NCBI GenBank assembly: GCA_037442365.1
Contig: JBBIQK010000001.1
Coordinates: 37,797-101,796 of the forward strand
Reading direction: 5' to 3'
DNA: 64,000 bases
Source: Armatimonadota bacterium
Lineage (GTDB): Bacteria; Armatimonadota; Fimbriimonadia; Fimbriimonadales; GBS-DC
Both the position numbers and the translations under genes were made by a program. The notes below the pieces were generated by a model. The model had not been told where the DNA came from. It ran no database searches and was given only the letters and a program-made list of their open reading frames with translations. Below, piece after piece: positions 61,217 through 64,000 of the stretch (position 1 is its first letter; every line of letters starts with the position of its first letter).

Positions 61217-62368
61217 ATGGATATCCTCTCTGGCATCGAGGGCACAGGACCACTGGCGAAACTCATCTACCGCCGCGCAGGGCGTTCCCGCCGAATCTCC
61301 AGCTGGGACAAAACGGGCGGCAATCGCGATTTTCTGACCATTCCGCAGGGCGAGACGGCGACCCTCGCCACGATTGAGGGCGCAGGGTGTATCCGCCACA
61401 TCTGGATTACCGTCGGCTGTCGCGACCGACTCTACCTGCGCAAGACCGTTCTTAAAATGTACTGGGACGACGAGACCGAGCCGAGCGTACTCGCGCCGCT
61501 GGGCGACTTCTTCGGGCTGGGACACGGAATCGCGCGCTCCTACATGTCGATGCCCTTCACCACCGTCAATCACGAGGCGAACGAGGGGAACTACGGGGGC
61601 GGGATTGCGCTCAACTGCTACTTTGCGATGCCCTTTAGCACGGGCGCGCGCATCGAAGTGGTCAACGAATGCGACACCGAAATCGGCTCGTTCTACTACT
61701 ACATCGACTACGAATCGTATGACGCGCCGCTGCCCGACCATGTGCTGCGCTTCCACGCGCACTACCGCCAGGAGTATCACACGACGGGCACGAAGGGCAA
61801 CCTGTTCGAGCAGCGCGTGAACTACTGGGAGCTGCTGGACACGCCGAACCTGAGCGACGCCGAGAACTACCTGATTCTGGACGCTGAGGGCGCGGGGCAC
61901 TATGTCGGCTGCGTGCTGTCAGTGGACAACATCGACCCGCTGCCCGTGATTCGCAAGCTTGGCAGTCAGGAGCAGGTGATACGCGAATACACCTGGTGGG
62001 GCGAAGGCGACGATATGATTTTCATCGACGGCGAGCCGTGGCCGCCCTCCCTGCACGGCACAGGCTCCGAAGACTACCTCTGCCATGCGTGGGGCATGCA
62101 CCCCAAAGCCTATCTGTACGCGGGAACCTCCATCCCCGAAAACGACCCCAAACACCCCGACCGCAGACAATGTACCTCCTATCGGTTCCATGTGGAGGAC
62201 CCCATCCTGTTCACGCAGTCAATTCGGGTGAGCATCGAGCACGGACATGCGAATCTGCAGGAGAACGACTACTCCAGCGTGGCGTACTGGTACCAGACGG
62301 AGCCGCACAAGCCGCTGCCGCCGCTGCCCCCTGTGAGTGAGCGTATCCCGCGCAACATGCGACCGTGA
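61217..62368 (+). CDS. DUF2961 / glycoside hydrolase family 172-like protein
   Basis: Motifs IEGAGCIRHIWITV and WWGEGDDMIFIDGE...SLHGTGSEDY. AGGAGG RBS before ATG 61217. The upstream 196 aa of the ORF are antisense to Uma2. Confidence 0.85.
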   Translation: MDILSGIEGTGPLAKLIYRRAGRSRRISSWDKTGGNRDFLTIPQGETATLATIEGAGCIRHIWITVGCRDRLYLRKTVLKMYWDDETEPSVLAPLGDFFGLGHGIARSYMSMPFTTVNHEANEGNYGGGIALNCYFAMPFSTGARIEVVNECDTEIGSFYYYIDYESYDAPLPDHVLRFHAHYRQEYHTTGTKGNLFEQRVNYWELLDTPNLSDAENYLILDAEGAGHYVGCVLSVDNIDPLPVIRKLGSQEQVIREYTWWGEGDDMIFIDGEPWPPSLHGTGSEDYLCHAWGMHPKAYLYAGTSIPENDPKHPDRRQCTSYRFHVEDPILFTQSIRVSIEHGHANLQENDYSSVAYWYQTEPHKPLPPLPPVSERIPRNMRP

Positions 62369-63129
62369 ACAGCCTGTGGATTTTCCCCATCGCGATTGGG
62401 GCGGGCGCGTTCGGCTCGATGCTGGGGCTGGGCGGGGGCATTATTCTGGTACCTGCGCTGACCGTGTTGATGGGCGTGCCGATTAAGCAGGCGGTGGCAG
62501 CGAGTCTGGTGGCGGTGGCGGCGACCTCCTGCGCGGGCGTGCAGACCTACCTGCAGGCGGGGCTGGTGGACTGGCGGCTGGGCGTGCGGCTGCTGATTCC
62601 GACGCTGTGCGGCGCGATTGCGGGCGGGCTGCTGATTGGCTATATTCCCGAATCGGCAGTGCGCTGGCTGTTTATCGCGCTGGTGCTGTATGTGCTGGGG
62701 CAGATGCTCTGGGCGATGCGGCGTCCGATGGCGCCGCAGGCGGCGCGCCCCGACTGCCGCGCCCAGTGGAACCCGCGCCAGCGTGGGATTGCCGTCAGCC
62801 TCTCTGCGCTCGCCGGCGCGATTTCCGCGCTGCTGGGCGTCGGCGGCGGGCTGATTCAGGTGCCCCTGATGTATACCATCCTCAAAACGCCCCTGCGCTG
62901 CGCGATTGGCACCAGCACCTTCCTGATTGGCGCGACGGCGTCGGCAAGCGCGTTGCTCTACCTCGTGCAGGGCAAGCTGCTGGTGGACTATGTCGTGCCC
63001 GCCGCACTGGGGATTGTGATTGGGGCGCGCCTGGGCGGCAGGGTCGCGCAGCGCGTGCCGACACTCGCCCTGCGCCTGATTTTCGTCGGCGTGATGCTCT
63101 ACACCGTCGTCCGACTCGCGCTCAAGTGA
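62365..63129 (+). CDS. TauE/SafE family sulfite/anion exporter
   Basis: Eight TM helices with an internal duplication, each half carrying a GxGGG motif (GLGGGIILVP / GVGGGLIQVP). The start overlaps the upstream stop. Confidence 0.8.
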   Translation: MNSLWIFPIAIGAGAFGSMLGLGGGIILVPALTVLMGVPIKQAVAASLVAVAATSCAGVQTYLQAGLVDWRLGVRLLIPTLCGAIAGGLLIGYIPESAVRWLFIALVLYVLGQMLWAMRRPMAPQAARPDCRAQWNPRQRGIAVSLSALAGAISALLGVGGGLIQVPLMYTILKTPLRCAIGTSTFLIGATASASALLYLVQGKLLVDYVVPAALGIVIGARLGGRVAQRVPTLALRLIFVGVMLYTVVRLALK

Positions 63130-63209
63130 TTCGGGATTCCAGCCCCCCAGAGCGGCAGGAATCCCCGCCCCCCTGCCGAACCCTACCCCAACATCTTGGG
63201 AGGAATCGC

Positions 63210-64000
63210 ATGGAAGCTGGTTTTGTACACCTACATTTGCATACAGAGTTTAGCTTACTGGACGGGGCGACTCGCATTAAAGAGCTGGTCAGGCGCGTGG
63301 CAGATTTCGATATGCCCGCTGTCGCCATCTCCGACCATGGCGTGCTGTACGGCGCGATTGACTTCTACAACGCCTGTCGGGCGGAAGGCATTGAGCCAAT
63401 CATCGGCTGTGAGGTCTACCTCGCGCCGCGCACCATCCATGACAAAACCCGACAGGATCAGACCAGCTACCATCTGCTGCTGCTGGCGAAAGATGAGGTC
63501 GGCTACCGCAACCTGCTGCGCCTCAGCACGATTGCGAACTTAGAGGGGTTCTACTACAAGCCGCGCGTGGACAAGAGCATCCTGCGCGACTACGCGGCGG
63601 GGCTGATTGCCACCTCGTCGTGTCTGGCGGGCGAAATCCCCGACGCGCTGCTCAAAGGCGACTTCGAACGCGCCTGCCGACTCACCGAAGAGTATCTGGA
63701 CATCTTTGGCAGAGAGAATTTCTACATCGAGCTTCAGGATCACGGGCTGTCTGAACAGCGGCAGGTGAACGCGGGGCTGCTGGAGATTGCCGCGAAGTAC
63801 CGCCTGCCGCTGCTGGCGACCAACGATGCGCACTACCTGACCCGTGAGGATGCCGCCATCCACGATGTGTTGCTGTGCGTGCAGACGGGCGCCACCGTCG
63901 ACGATCCGAAACGGCTCAAGTTCGGCACGGAGGAGTTCTATGTCAAATCGCCTCAGGAGATGGCGGCGCTGTTCGCCGCGCACCCGGATGCGCTGGCACA
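63210..64000 (+). CDS. dnaE: DNA polymerase III alpha subunit, N-terminal PHP domain (partial, runs off window)
   Basis: My own translation from ATG 63210 (GGGAGG RBS) gives MEAGFVHLHLHTEFSLLDGATRIKELV...ISDHGVLYGAIDFY...YHLLLLAKDEVGYRNL. This ORF is absent from the track because no stop codon occurs inside the window. Confidence 0.9.
   Translation, partial: MEAGFVHLHLHTEFSLLDGATRIKELVRRVADFDMPAVAISDHGVLYGAIDFYNACRAEGIEPIIGCEVYLAPRTIHDKTRQDQTSYHLLLLAKDEVGYRNLLRLSTIANLEGFYYKPRVDKSILRDYAAGLIATSSCLAGEIPDALLKGDFERACRLTEEYLDIFGRENFYIELQDHGLSEQRQVNAGLLEIAAKYRLPLLATNDAHYLTREDAAIHDVLLCVQTGATVDDPKRLKFGTEEFYVKSPQEMAALFAAHPDALA

Overview
This is a gene-dense, high-GC bacterial chromosomal window, mostly transcribed on the minus strand. 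All calls rest on reading the supplied ORF translations and the DNA by eye; no database search was possible.

Lineage. The content includes a PEP-CTERM protein, an LptF/G-type permease, DUF1559-style pilins, several glycoside hydrolases and many huge secreted proteins. This suggests a diderm, possibly an Armatimonadota/PVC-like thermophile. That lineage guess is inference only.

Housekeeping genes recognised: purH, secG, tatA, cdsA, an NfeD protease, hppA (membrane pyrophosphatase), tatD, icd, an acyl-CoA dehydrogenase, an SDR, an MFS transporter, a DASS transporter, and the 5' part of dnaE. There is also a three-tRNA operon (Arg-GCG, Arg-CCU, Ser-CGA) with a near-consensus promoter.

Two type IV filament loci are present:
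- A classical motor/processing cluster, pilB-pilT-pilC-pilD, at 8.8-14.0 kb.
- An ~18.3 kb six-gene minus-strand operon at 34.2-52.6 kb. It encodes one ordinary-sized pilin-like protein, three hypertrophied minor-pilin-like proteins (613, 622 and 865 aa) and two giant Sec-secreted beta-propeller proteins (1547 and ~2130 aa).

The six-gene operon is my best candidate for an undescribed system. I read it as a type IV filament priming/tip module in the fimU-pilVWXY1 / gspGHIJK pattern, but built from roughly 6,000 aa of extracellular protein.

Other points of interest:
- A 54-nt structured repeat present twice.
- A translationally coupled pair: a multi-domain HExxH protein followed by a CPBP protease.
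- A coiled-coil plus nuclease-like gene with an exact 84-nt-period duplication and a probable leaderless GTG start.
- A self-contained low-GC mini-gene with its own promoter and terminator.
- A compositionally atypical 700-aa gene beside the tRNA cluster.
- A DUF433/DUF5615 toxin-antitoxin pair and a Uma2 endonuclease.

I saw no CRISPR array, rRNA, transposase or integrase. Many long ORFs in the track are antisense or alternate-frame artefacts of the high GC content.
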